Of a stretch of 51,516 nt of DNA, positions 42,322-51,516 are shown piece after piece (within the stretch, counting starts at the first letter, position 1; each line of letters begins with the position of its first letter). Source of the DNA: an uncultured Candidatus Saccharibacteria bacterium (GTDB lineage Bacteria; Patescibacteriota; Minisyncoccia; UBA6257; JAKLIH01). Made by a program: the position numbers and the translations under genes. The stretch is taken from contig CAYYXO010000001.1 of assembly GCA_964475745.1 (NCBI GenBank), positions 1 through 51,516 on the forward strand, given 5' to 3'. The notes beneath the pieces were generated by a model. It saw only the letters and a program-made list of their open reading frames with translations. It ran no database searches and was not told the origin of the DNA.

Positions 42322-42906
42322 TTAAAAAGTTTCGTCATACAAAATAGCATCTCTTATATTTTTATAAGAATAGATTTCTTTTTCATCAAACCATACTTTT
42401 ATTTCATAGTCTGCGTCAAATTGATTGGCTGAGGCATGCACCAAGTTTCTTACCGCCCTTTTGTCTCCATCTGCTAGATCATATGAATCGATAGTATAAT
42501 CTCCCCTAATTGTTCCTACATCAGAGTTTAAAGGCTCTGTTGAGCCAACTAATTTTCTAACAATAGGAATGGAATTTGAACCTTCTAAAACTATCGCCAC
42601 CACTGGGCTTTGCGATAAAAAAATTACCAACCGGTCTATAATAGCTTGTCCTAATTCTTTTGGATCATCATTAACCTCAACCCCATTTTTCTTTTTTCCT
42701 TCGATTGATCTTTTCCCTAAAGCCTCTATCTCTTCTTCATTTTTGACATAATGTTTATAAGCTTGCTCCTTGGTAGGTAATAAGAATTTCATACCCACTA
42801 TTTTTAAACCCGCTCTTTCAAATCGAGAAACAATGTCTCCTGTTAAATTTCTTTGCACTGCATCTGGTTTTAACAAAACCAATGTTTTTTCATCTTTGTT
42901 TTTCAT
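42322..42906 (-). CDS. ndk: Nucleoside diphosphate kinase (long form, 194 aa, with an internal insertion)
   Basis: TLVLLKPDAVQRNL.G.I..RFE..GLKIVGMK, GTIRGDY, NLVHASA (active-site His). Confidence 0.88.
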   Translation of the reverse strand: MKNKDEKTLVLLKPDAVQRNLTGDIVSRFERAGLKIVGMKFLLPTKEQAYKHYVKNEEEIEALGKRSIEGKKKNGVEVNDDPKELGQAIIDRLVIFLSQSPVVAIVLEGSNSIPIVRKLVGSTEPLNSDVGTIRGDYTIDSYDLADGDKRAVRNLVHASANQFDADYEIKVWFDEKEIYSYKNIRDAILYDETF

Positions 42907-42916
42907 GATGATTTGT

Positions 42917-44338
42917 TTAATTATTTATATTTATCTTAAGCTCTTTTAATTGTGCTGAATCAACTTCTGCTGGAGCTGACATCATCAAGTCTTTGTTGTC
43001 CCCTGTTTTTGGAAAAGAGATTACTTCTCTTATGCTGCCTTCATTTTGCAACACCATCAATAATCTATCCAGTCCAAAAGCAATTCCTCCATGAGGTGGC
43101 ACACCAAAACCAAACATCTCAATATAATGGCCAAATTGTTTTTGAAAGATTTCTTTGCTGTTTCCTAAAACTTCAAAAACAGCCTCCAAAATATCTATGT
43201 CTGTTTCTCTTAAAGACCCTCCTGCAATTTCATATCCATTTAAAGCCAAATCATATTGAAACGCCTTCAAGTCTTTTGTTTTTTCATTTATTGCTTTTAT
43301 TTTTTCTTCCTTTGTTAGCTCTTGGCCAAAATTAATCTGAGTAAAGGGATGATGCACTGCCACATAACCTTCTTCTTTGTCTTGACCTGCTTCATGCCAT
43401 TCAAACATAGGAAAGTTAACCACAAAAGCAAAGCCCAATTCATTTTCGTCGTCTTTATTTTTTCTTATATCTGGCTTATCAGAATTATATTTTGCTATAG
43501 CTTCTTGATAATCAATCCTTGGAAAAGGAAAGGCTGTAAAATGTTTTTCTGGATAAACTTCTTCTATTATTTCTTTTATCATGTTTTCTGTCATGCATCT
43601 AATCTGTTCTTCTGTTTTAAAGCTAACTTCAATATCCAGCTGAGTAAATTCTGGCTGACGATCTCCTCTTGGATCTTCATCTCTAAAACATCTTACGATT
43701 TGAAAATATCTTTCCACTTGAGCTACCATCAACATTTGCTTGTATTGCTGGGGTGATTGAGGCAAAGCATAAAATAATCCTTTACCAACTCTAGTTGGCA
43801 CTAAAAAATCCCTTGCTCCTTCTGGAGTTGATTTTGTTAAATAAGGTGTTTCTATTTCTAAAAATTTTTCTTTGTATAAATAGTCTCTTATCGCTTTAAA
43901 CAACAGGGCTCTTTGTTTTAAATTATTTTGCATTCTTGGCCTTTTAAGATCAAGGTATTTTTTAGCCATTCTTAGTTCTTCACCAATATCCTTGCCATCG
44001 CCATAAACATCAAAAGGATGATTTTTTGCTTCAGACAAAACTGTTATTTTTTTAACTTCAAGCTCAATACTTCCTAATGGAGTTTTATCATTTTTCATGC
44101 TATCAGGCCTTTCTTTTACTAATCCTTCAACTTTTACTACTCATTCTGATCTTAATTTCTGAGCTTCATCATAGTCATCCCCTAGTCATGGACCCAAAAC
44201 CGACTGCACTGCTCCGGTTGAATCTTTTAAATCAATAAAAATAATTTTGCCGTGATCTCTTCTAGTTTCCACTCAACCATAAAGCTCAACTTCTTTATCA
44301 ATAAAATTGTTTAGCTCCTCTATATATACTTCTTTCAT
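42917..44338 (-). CDS. aspS: Aspartyl-tRNA synthetase, compact form (473 aa) without the bacterial insertion (GAD) domain
   Basis: ORF 42917-44098 extends through TGAs to ATG 44336-44338 (OB-fold N-domain ..LYG[W]VETRRDHGKIIFIDLKD). FQIVRCFRDEDPRGDRQPEFTQLD (motif 2) and GGIAFGLDRL (motif 3). Confidence 0.9.
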
Positions 44339-44468
44339 ATTTAGTATTTACTCGTTTTATATTATCTAAAGTATACCACAACCCGACCTATTTTGCAACG
44401 AAACAAAAACCTCTTTAATAAATTTTTTAAACATGTTATACTCTATACAATTATCTTTTATTTGCTTT

Positions 44469-44849
44469 ATGGACCATTTTGAAGTTGGCCAGCATGGCGA
44501 AAATTTAGCTAGAAAATATTTATTAAAAAATAAATACCGTATTTTATTTTGCAACTATCGCTTTAAACACTGAGAAATAGATATTATTGCTAAAAAGAAA
44601 GATGTTCTTTGTTTTGTTGAAGTCAAGACCAGAAAATACAGAAATTTTAAACAAGAAAAAGATTTGACCTCTCTTGCCGAAGAAGCACTAACTCTTAAAA
44701 AAAGAAAACATTTTTTAAAAGCAAGCCAAATATTTTTACTTAAAAACCCAAAATACGAAAATTTGGCTTTTCAATTTTCTTTACTAGCAATATATTTGTT
44801 TGATAACCACCTTCCTATTTTTAATTTTTATGAAAATATTTTAGAATAG
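44469..44849 (+). CDS. yraN: YraN/UPF0102 family endonuclease-like protein (126 aa)
   Basis: ATG 44469. GQHGENLARKYLLKNKYRILFCNYRFKH[TGA]EIDIIAKKKDVLCFVEVKTR. In frame with track ORF 44664-44849. Confidence 0.75.
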
Positions 44850-44857
44850 CTCTATTT

Positions 44858-44886
44858 TAAAAACCCGCCTCTTAGGCGGGTTTTTA
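44858..44886. terminator. Bidirectional intrinsic terminator between convergent yraN and rny
   Basis: Hairpin aacccgcc-tctt-aggcgggtt flanked by an A-run and a T-run. Confidence 0.8.
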
Positions 44887-44888
44887 AT

Positions 44889-46415
44889 CTATTTTACATA
44901 TTCAATTACTCTTGTTTCTCTAACAGCCATAATTTTAATTTCTCCATAAAAATCCATCTCTTCTTTAATTTTGTCAGCGATTGCTTTTGCTAGCTTAGCT
45001 GTGCCATAATCATCTATCTTATCTGGAAAAACAAAGACTCTTAATTCGCGTCCCGCTTGGATAGCATAAGCTTTTTCAATCTCTTTAAATGAAGTGGCTA
45101 TTCTTTCAAGGTTTTCCAATCTCTTTAAATAGTTTTCTAGAGCTTCTTTTCTTGCTCCTGGCCTTGAAGCTGAAATAGCATCAGCTGACATCACAATAGC
45201 TGCTTCCAATGTTTCAATAGGATAATCTTCATGATGAGACTGCATAGCCTTGATAACATCTTCTTTGATATTATATTTTTGCAAAATCCTTCTGCCAATT
45301 TCCACATGAGAACCTTCTATTTCATAATCAATAGCTTTGCCAATATCATGTAAAAGACCTGCTTTTTTAGCTACTGTTGTGTCTGCCCCTAGTTCAGCTG
45401 CCATCATGCTAGAGAGCATAGCGACCTCCAAGGAATGTTTTAAAACATTTTGGCTATAGCTAGTTCGATACTTCAGTCTGCCTAGCAAAAATACTAGTTC
45501 TGGAGGTAAATCTAAAATGCCCACTTCATAAACAGCATCATCTCCTGCCTTTTTAATCAAATCTTTTATTTCTTGCTCTGCTTGAGAGACTTTTTCTTCA
45601 ATTTTTGACGGTTGAATTCTACCATCTTGTACTAATTTTTCTAAAGCAACCTTAGCTATCTCTCTTCTAATTGGGTTAAATGAAGAAAGTGTAATCGTAT
45701 CTGGAGAATCATCAATAATTAACTCTACTCCGGAAACTTTTTCAAAATGACGAATATTTCTTCCTTCTTTACCAATAATTCTACCTTTCAAGTCCTCTGA
45801 AGGAATTTGCACTGTTGAAATTAAAAATTCACTGGCATTACCATGGCCATATCTTTGTACTGTTGATAAAATAATATCATGAACCTTTTTTTCAATCTCT
45901 TCCTTTCTTACATTGTCTAATTGTCTCATTGAAGCAAGTAGATCATGTTTACTGCCTTCTTCAATTTTTTCTAACAAAACTTTTTTGGCTTCGTCTTTAG
46001 ACATATTTGCTATCTGCTCTAAAACTTTTTCTTCTGATTCTTTCATTTTTAAAATATCCTCTTTAATAACTTTGAGCCTAGCAACATCTTCTTCTACCTT
46101 TTTTTGACCTTGATCAATATCAACTTGCCTTTTGTCTAAAAGTTCTTCTCTTTTAAGCAATCTGTTTTCATTTTTAGACAACTGTTCTTTTCTCTCTCTT
46201 TCTTCCTTTCTCACATCTTCCATTACTTTTGCTGCTTCTTCTTTTGCTTTTATAATAATTTCTTTTGCTTCTTCTTTTGCTTCTTGAACTTTTGTTTTTA
46301 GTTGAGCTTCCACTGAGTCAGCTCTTGTTACAGCAATATATTGTCTTACAAAATAACCTATTACGCTACCTAAAACTAGCAAAATAGCGCCGGCTATAAC
46401 TACATTATTAAACAT
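44889..46415 (-). CDS. rny: Ribonuclease Y
   Basis: 508 aa. N-terminal TM, long coiled-coil, KH domain (GRIIGKEGRNIR), HD domain (LLHDIGKA). Confidence 0.92.
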   Translation of the reverse strand: MFNNVVIAGAILLVLGSVIGYFVRQYIAVTRADSVEAQLKTKVQEAKEEAKEIIIKAKEEAAKVMEDVRKEERERKEQLSKNENRLLKREELLDKRQVDIDQGQKKVEEDVARLKVIKEDILKMKESEEKVLEQIANMSKDEAKKVLLEKIEEGSKHDLLASMRQLDNVRKEEIEKKVHDIILSTVQRYGHGNASEFLISTVQIPSEDLKGRIIGKEGRNIRHFEKVSGVELIIDDSPDTITLSSFNPIRREIAKVALEKLVQDGRIQPSKIEEKVSQAEQEIKDLIKKAGDDAVYEVGILDLPPELVFLLGRLKYRTSYSQNVLKHSLEVAMLSSMMAAELGADTTVAKKAGLLHDIGKAIDYEIEGSHVEIGRRILQKYNIKEDVIKAMQSHHEDYPIETLEAAIVMSADAISASRPGARKEALENYLKRLENLERIATSFKEIEKAYAIQAGRELRVFVFPDKIDDYGTAKLAKAIADKIKEEMDFYGEIKIMAVRETRVIEYVK

Positions 46416-46643
46416 GTTAAATTTTTAACAATTCCTCGTTAACATCAATTTAAAAACATCTTTGTTTTTGCCACAAAGGTATTAAAAATATTTGTTAGTA
46501 TAAATTTTTTTGAAATATATTTATTTTTCATAAAGCAAAACTTTTCTTTCTATGTTAACTAAGTAATTGATCTTTTGATTAAGTACTGTTTTAGGATTTC
46601 TCCTATACTATAATATATCAAATTTTTCACTTTTTTGCAACAA

Positions 46644-46672
46644 CAAAAAACCCTTTATTTTTAGGGTTTTTT
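46644..46672. terminator. Intrinsic terminator after alaS
   Basis: Hairpin aaaccct-ttattttt-agggttt flanked by an A-run and a T-run. Confidence 0.65.
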
Positions 46673-46689
46673 GCTAGTATTTTCTATTT

Positions 46690-48456
46690 TTATTTTAAAA
46701 CCGCTTTAATCCTTCTTATTCCCTGAGAAGAAGATTCTTCTTTTGTTATTTTAAATTTACCTAATTCTTTTGTATTTTCTACGTGAGGGCCAGCACAAAT
46801 TTCTTTTGACCAGTCTCCAACACTATAAACTTTCACTATTTCCGGATATTTTGCTTTAAAAGAACCAATATATCCTTTTTCTAAAGCTTCTTTTAAAGAT
46901 ACTTCTTGGTAATTTATTTTTAATCCCTCTATTATTTTTTCATTTACTATTTTTTCCACTAAATCTTTTTCTTGATCAGTCATTTTTCTATCAAAAGTAA
47001 AGTCAAACCTTAGCCTTTCGTCGTTTATATCAGAACCCTTTTGAAAAACACTTTCCCCTAAAACTTCTCTTAGAGCTTTTAATAGTAAGTGAGTGGCAGT
47101 ATGAAGTTTTGTTCTAGTTTTAAAACTTTCAGAATTTTTTTCTAGGTTTTCTAAATTATGACCTCCAAATTTATTTTCTAGGCCAGCTCTGGAAACCTCC
47201 TTATGCTTTTTAAACTCTTGGCTAAACTGGATTTCATCTACTTCAAACCCACGCATCTTTGCCTCTTCCTTTATCAGCTCTATTGGAAAACCAAATGTTT
47301 CATAAATATAGAAAGCCTGTCTGCCATCAATCATTTTTTCTCGGTTGTTTTCAAAAATAATATTAAGCTCTTTTAGGCCTTTTTCCAAAGTTGTTTCAAA
47401 TTTATTTATTTCTTTTTTCAAAACATTCAAAATCTTCTCCGTTTCCATTATTTCAGGATATTGCACTCCGAAATTTCCTTGCAAATCAATCAATAGTTTA
47501 TCAAAAATATCTTCTGTTATTTCCAGTTGTCTTAAATGTCTCAAAATGCGACGTATCAAACGACGCAAAACATACCCTCTTTCAATGTTTCCTGGCTCAA
47601 TATTATTAGCCATTAAAAACACACTTGCTCTAAAATGATCCACTACAATCCGAGCACTCTTTTCAATATATTTTTTTGACTTTTCTTTTATTAAATCTAT
47701 TTGTTTAATAAAAATATCTGTCTCATAGATTGTTTTTGAATCAAATTCATTTGAAAAATTAACTGCTAATAATTGCCTTTCCAAACCACCCCCCGTGTCT
47801 ACGCCAACTTTTTCTAAAGGCGCTAAAGTTCCATCTAAACTTTGATAGTATTGGTTAAAAACTAAATTTCAAATTTCCACCTCTTTAAAATGTATTTCTG
47901 TGCAAGGACCACAAACTCCTTCGCTACCAACTGGCCCTCAAAAATTGTCTTCTTTTGAACATTTAAAAATTTTAGCTTTATCAATCCCTTTTGCCAATCA
48001 CAAATCATAGCTCTCTTGGTCAAAAGGAGTTTTTTCATCACCCTCAAATACTGTAACGGTAACATCTTTTTTATCCAGCTTTAAAACCTCAAAAATATAC
48101 TCGAAAGCAAAATCTATGGCTTCTTTTTTAAAATATGCCCCATTAAAAGCAAAATTACCCATCATTTCAAACATGGTTAAATGTCTCTGGTTGCCTACTT
48201 CTTCTATATCAACTGTTCTTATGCATGGCTGAGATGTTGTTACTTTGTCAGAACCAAGTGGTTGATTAATCCCAGGGTGAATATCTTTTTTTGGATTTTT
48301 TTCAAGAGTATAATATGGTTTAAACTGTTGCATACCAGCAACATTAAACAAAACACTCTTGTCATCATTGGGCACCAATGATGCTGCTTTAATAATCTTG
48401 TGTCCTTTTTTTTCAAAAAACTCCAAAAAAGTCTTTCGTAGCTCTTGTGATGTCAT
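46690..48456 (-). CDS. alaS: Alanyl-tRNA synthetase, compact form (588 aa) lacking the C-Ala domain
   Basis: Fragments 46690-47784 and 47998-48456 are in one frame via TGAs at conserved Trp positions (EDNF[W]GP, EI[W]NLVFNQY). DTGGGLERQ, editing-domain HTATHLL and CAGPHV. Ends right after ..GIRRIKAVLK. Confidence 0.92.
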
Positions 48457-48465
48457 ATTTAAAAT

Positions 48466-49368
48466 TTAATTTATTTGTTTTAGCAAATCATTAACAAAAT
48501 CCAGTCCGCCATCACCAGTAATGACCACATCAAATATCTTTAAATATTTGTCTTTTAATTCCTCTTCTTTTTCATTTAAATATCCTATCTTTATAATATT
48601 TGTAAATTCAATATTTTTTACCATATTAACATCGCCTTCCGAGTCTCCTAGCAAAATTATGTTATGTCTGTCTTTTATGTTTTCTTTTATTTTTTCATTT
48701 TCAATTATTACCTCGTCTTTATTTAAAACATGAATAATGGGCTTTTTAACATCAACAAAATATCCTGTTTCATTTCAAATTATCTCATTAGCAATTAAAT
48801 GTATCTTATTGCTTTTAATATCAAATCTTTCTAGAATCATTTTGATTACATCTCCACCAAGCCCATTAGCAGTAATAATGGTTAATGGAATTTCCAAACA
48901 TTCTAAAGCTTTAAAAAAATCTTTATAACCATCTCTAAACAAAATTCTATCTGATTTTATAATAGCTTCTAGATCGCCCTTAGACAGCCCGCATTCTTTT
49001 AAAACCTCATAATGCTTACTTCATCACTCTAACATTTTATTTTTTCTTTCTGATCAGTCCATGTCTTTATTTACTTCAAAAGCATGATAAAAATTAAACA
49101 GATCTTTTGCCCTTTCTGAATAATCTTCTGTGAGATATTTTTCATCCCGCAAAATGGAAATAACCGAGCTAACTTTCTGGCCATCAATCTTTGATTTAGT
49201 AAGTGTTTTGTCAAAATCAGAAACCACCTGGAGTTTTTCAGCTCCATCCTTTTTTATTTTTTCTATTTTCTTTTCTAGCTCTTCTTTATTAGAAATATAT
49301 ATATTTTCCATAATATTATTTATTTTTTGCAGCATCTTAATTATATCAAAATTATAGCCAAAAAACAA
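48466..49368 (-). CDS. HAD-superfamily pyrimidine 5'-nucleotidase (UMPH-1/cN-III-like)
   Basis: Fragments 48466-48654 and 49054-49368 plus the middle are in one frame. VVSDFDKTLT (DxDxT), ..MLE[W][W]SKH.., ITANGLG, LLGDSEGD. The likely true start is internal (M at 49335 or 49311). Confidence 0.7.
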
Positions 49369-49375
49369 TTGCCCC

Positions 49376-49403
49376 TTGAAAAAACTATAAAAAATGCTAT
49401 ACT
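49376..49403 (+). promoter_or_regulatory. Sigma70-type promoter for tRNA-Val
   Basis: TTGAAA (49376-49381), 16-nt spacer, TATACT (49398-49403), 6 nt before the tRNA 5' end. Confidence 0.5.
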
Positions 49404-49409
49404 ATAACT

Positions 49410-49483
49410 GGACGATTAGCTCAGCTGGTTAGAGCACTTGGTTTACATCCAAGGGGTCAGAGGTTCGAATCCTCTATCGTCCA
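49410..49483 (+). tRNA. tRNA-Val (anticodon UAC), no encoded CCA
   Basis: Perfect cloverleaf: acceptor GGACGAT/ATCGTCC, D arm GCTC..GAGC, anticodon stem CTTGG/CCAAG with loop TTTACAT, T arm AGAGG-TTCGAAT-CCTCT, discriminator A followed by CTT. Confidence 0.93.
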
Positions 49484-49505
49484 CTTTTATAATTTATAAT
49501 TTATT

Positions 49506-50480
49506 ATGCTGATTGATGATGTAAAAATACAAGTAAAAGCAGGAGATGGCGGTAATGGCGCTGTTGCTTTTAACAAGAATATGATGGAATTAGGTCCTAC
49601 AGGCGCTAGAGGCGGCAATGGAGGGTCTATTTTTGGTATTGGCGTATCAGAGCTAGATGCACTTAATCCTTTTCGCTATATCAAAGAAATCTCTGCTGAA
49701 GATGGCAAAGATGGCCGTGGCCAATTTATTGATGGCTCTGCCGCTGAAGATGTTTTTATAAAACTACCTATTGGCACTGTTATTCATAACTTAGACAATG
49801 GTACCGTAGAAGAAATAACTCGAGTAGCTGAAAAAGTTTTAATTGCCAAAGGGGGTATTGGTGGCAGAGGCAATTTTCATTTTAGATCTTCAACTAATAC
49901 CTCTCCAAAAGAATCTGAGGAAGGAAAGCCTGGTGAAATGTTTAATTTACGTCTAGAGTTAAAAATGATTGCTGATATTGGCTTAGTTGGACTTCCTAAT
50001 GCTGGCAAATCAAGCTTTATTAATGAATTTACTAATAGCAAGAGCAAAATAGCCAACTATCCTTTTACCACTCTTGAACCACACCTAGGAACTTTTGAGC
50101 AATTAATTTTAGCTGACATCCCTGGCATCATTGAGGGAGCTTCCAATAATAAAGGGCTTGGTATAAAATTTCTTAAACATGTCGAACGCACCAAAATCAT
50201 TTTTCATTTAATTAGTTGTGAAAATAAAAATATTTTGACCAACTATAAAATTATTAGAAAAGAATTGGAATCTTATAGCAAAATTTTTAAAGACAAAAAA
50301 GAATACATTTTATTATCAAAAACTGACCTTATTGATAAAGCAACGCTAGCCAAATTTGTCGAAAAATTAAAAACAAAAAACAAAAATGTTTATTGTTTTT
50401 CTATCTACGACTGAGATAGCGCAGAAAAAATAAAAAAACTTCTCTCAAAATTAAGCAATCAAAAAGAAAAAGGTCTCTAA
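49506..50480 (+). CDS. obg: GTPase Obg/CgtA
   Basis: Gly-rich Obg fold (GDGGNG..GGNGG..GGIGGRGN), G1 GLPNAGKSS, G3 DIPG. Continues through TGA 50412-50414 to TAA 50478-50480. Confidence 0.92.
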
Positions 50481-50496
50481 TTAGAGACCTTTTTTG
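50466..50496. terminator. Bidirectional intrinsic terminator after obg
   Basis: Hairpin aggtctct-aatt-agagacct followed by a T-run. It overlaps the obg stop. Confidence 0.8.
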
Positions 50497-50940
50497 CTAC
50501 TTAGTTTTTCTTTGTGATCCATATCCTTGTCTAAAAGCATGTCTTGGCATATTCTCTTCATGACACAAGCCTTCTTTCTGTTCTAAAAAGTCTTTCATTG
50601 CTTGTGCTCTTGACAAATCAATTTGACCTAAGGACAACATTTCATCAATTTTTGCTAGTTTTTCCTCCTTAACCTTGTTTCTAAATTCTTCTTTAGTCAT
50701 GTCAAACTTTGTTGCTATTTCAGAAAAACTACCTCTTTCTTTCAATTGAATTAACAATTGATCCTTGTCTACATTAAATATAGCTGCCTTTGCTTCCAAA
50801 TTTCTTTCAAACCCATAATTTTTTCTAACTTCATTTTTGCTTTCTTTTGGTAAAGAAAAAGCAAAAACATCACTTTGGCCCACAAAAACCCCTCCGACTA
50901 TTAAGCCTATTATTCACAAGGGCATAAATTTGTTTTTCAT
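50497..50940 (-). CDS. Hypothetical secreted/membrane-anchored small protein (147 aa)
   Basis: ATG 50938-50940. MKNKFMPL[W]IIGLIVGGVFV hydrophobic N-terminus, then a helical Lys/Glu-rich region. In frame with track ORF 50497-50883. Confidence 0.55.
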
Positions 50941-50942
50941 CT

Positions 50943-51516
50943 TTATTGTTTAAAATTATTAAACCGCGGATTTTCTTCTCGACCTATTCATGTATTATTA
51001 CGCTTCTCCTCGTCATTTATTTCATTTAAAAAATTTTTTCTGTTTATTCTAGGCCTTATTTTAAAAACTTCAAAACCCTCTTCTGTTTCAAAGCCACTTA
51101 CCAAAACCAAATCACCCACTTTTAATCTACCTATTATCCCTTTTGCCAAAAAAGAATCTTTTTCTTGAACATAAACAATTTCACCCTCTTTTAGCTCAAT
51201 AGCTAGTAGACCTTCTTCTCCTCTCTCAATAACTTCTCCTTCTTTTATATATTGGTTTATTCTTTTTTGATGATCTTGTGTCCATTGTCTTGTAATCATT
51301 AAATTTGGCCTTTCATCAGAATAAATACTTTTAAAAAGCATGGTGCTATTAATCAAAAAACTTAAAGCTATTACTATTAAAACCACCGCTAGCGTAACCA
51401 ACAAAACTGATTTTCTATACAGAGGCAACAAACCACTCAAAGATATTTCAAAAATTAACAAGAAAAATATTGCCACAAAAATTAATGTTCACGGTAAAAT
51501 ACTAAATAACATTCTA
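50943..51516 (-). CDS. Hypothetical membrane protein (possible start ATG 51510-51512, or continues beyond the window)
   Basis: ORF 50988-51476 extends through a TGA at both ends. Two N-terminal TM helices. The TGA=Trp reading ends at TAA 50943-50945, 3 nt from the next gene's start. Confidence 0.5.

Noticed and set aside
47862-48065. ORF 47862-48065 (-) within alaS.
   Set aside because: It is out of frame with the alaS reading frame (offset not divisible by 3), and conserved AlaRS sequence covers it in the correct frame.

Overview
AT-rich 51.5 kb chromosomal window from a small-genome bacterium. The key observation is that TGA is a sense codon here, best read as Trp (translation table 4). 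About two thirds of the roughly 51 genes look fragmented in the standard-code ORF track. Every break is a TGA, the flanking pieces stay in frame, and many TGAs sit at invariant Trp positions of well-known families (IleRS, ProRS, AlaRS, PBP1A, YebC, AlkD). All coordinates below are re-joined with TGA=Trp. Content: housekeeping genes (ileS, proS, aspS, alaS, uvrB, nth, mutM, ruvC, holA, cca, tlyA, rsmI, mnmA, obg, rny, ndk, rpsT, rpmB, tRNA-Val). Cell-wall genes (a MurE-like ligase, PBP1A, a secreted PG-binding/PKD protein). A complete type IV pilus/competence locus (pilM-N-O, small TM protein, pilB-pilT-pilC-pilA-pilD, minor pseudopilin, divergent comF). A nucleotide-salvage pair (archaeal-type AMP/thymidine phosphorylase plus PRPP synthase). 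Unusual items: (1) the UGA=Trp code in a genome whose gene content looks like Patescibacteria/CPR; (2) a 994-aa protein made of two complete PilB/GspE secretion ATPases fused in tandem, away from the pilus locus; (3) next to it, a stand-alone structured ncRNA of about 190 nt with a perfect TTGACA-17-TATAAT promoter, a 21-bp closing helix containing G-U pairs, and its own terminator (6S-like shape, class unknown); (4) a tight five-gene operon of Pif1-like helicase, PolB-exo-like 3'-5' exonuclease, Cas4-like PD-(D/E)XK nuclease, unknown protein and AlkD-like glycosylase; (5) two orphan genes with consensus promoter, strong Shine-Dalgarno and terminator in an otherwise SD-poor genome, one of which has its only plausible stop (a TGA) in the loop of its own terminator. 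No CRISPR array, rRNA, integrase or transposase was seen.
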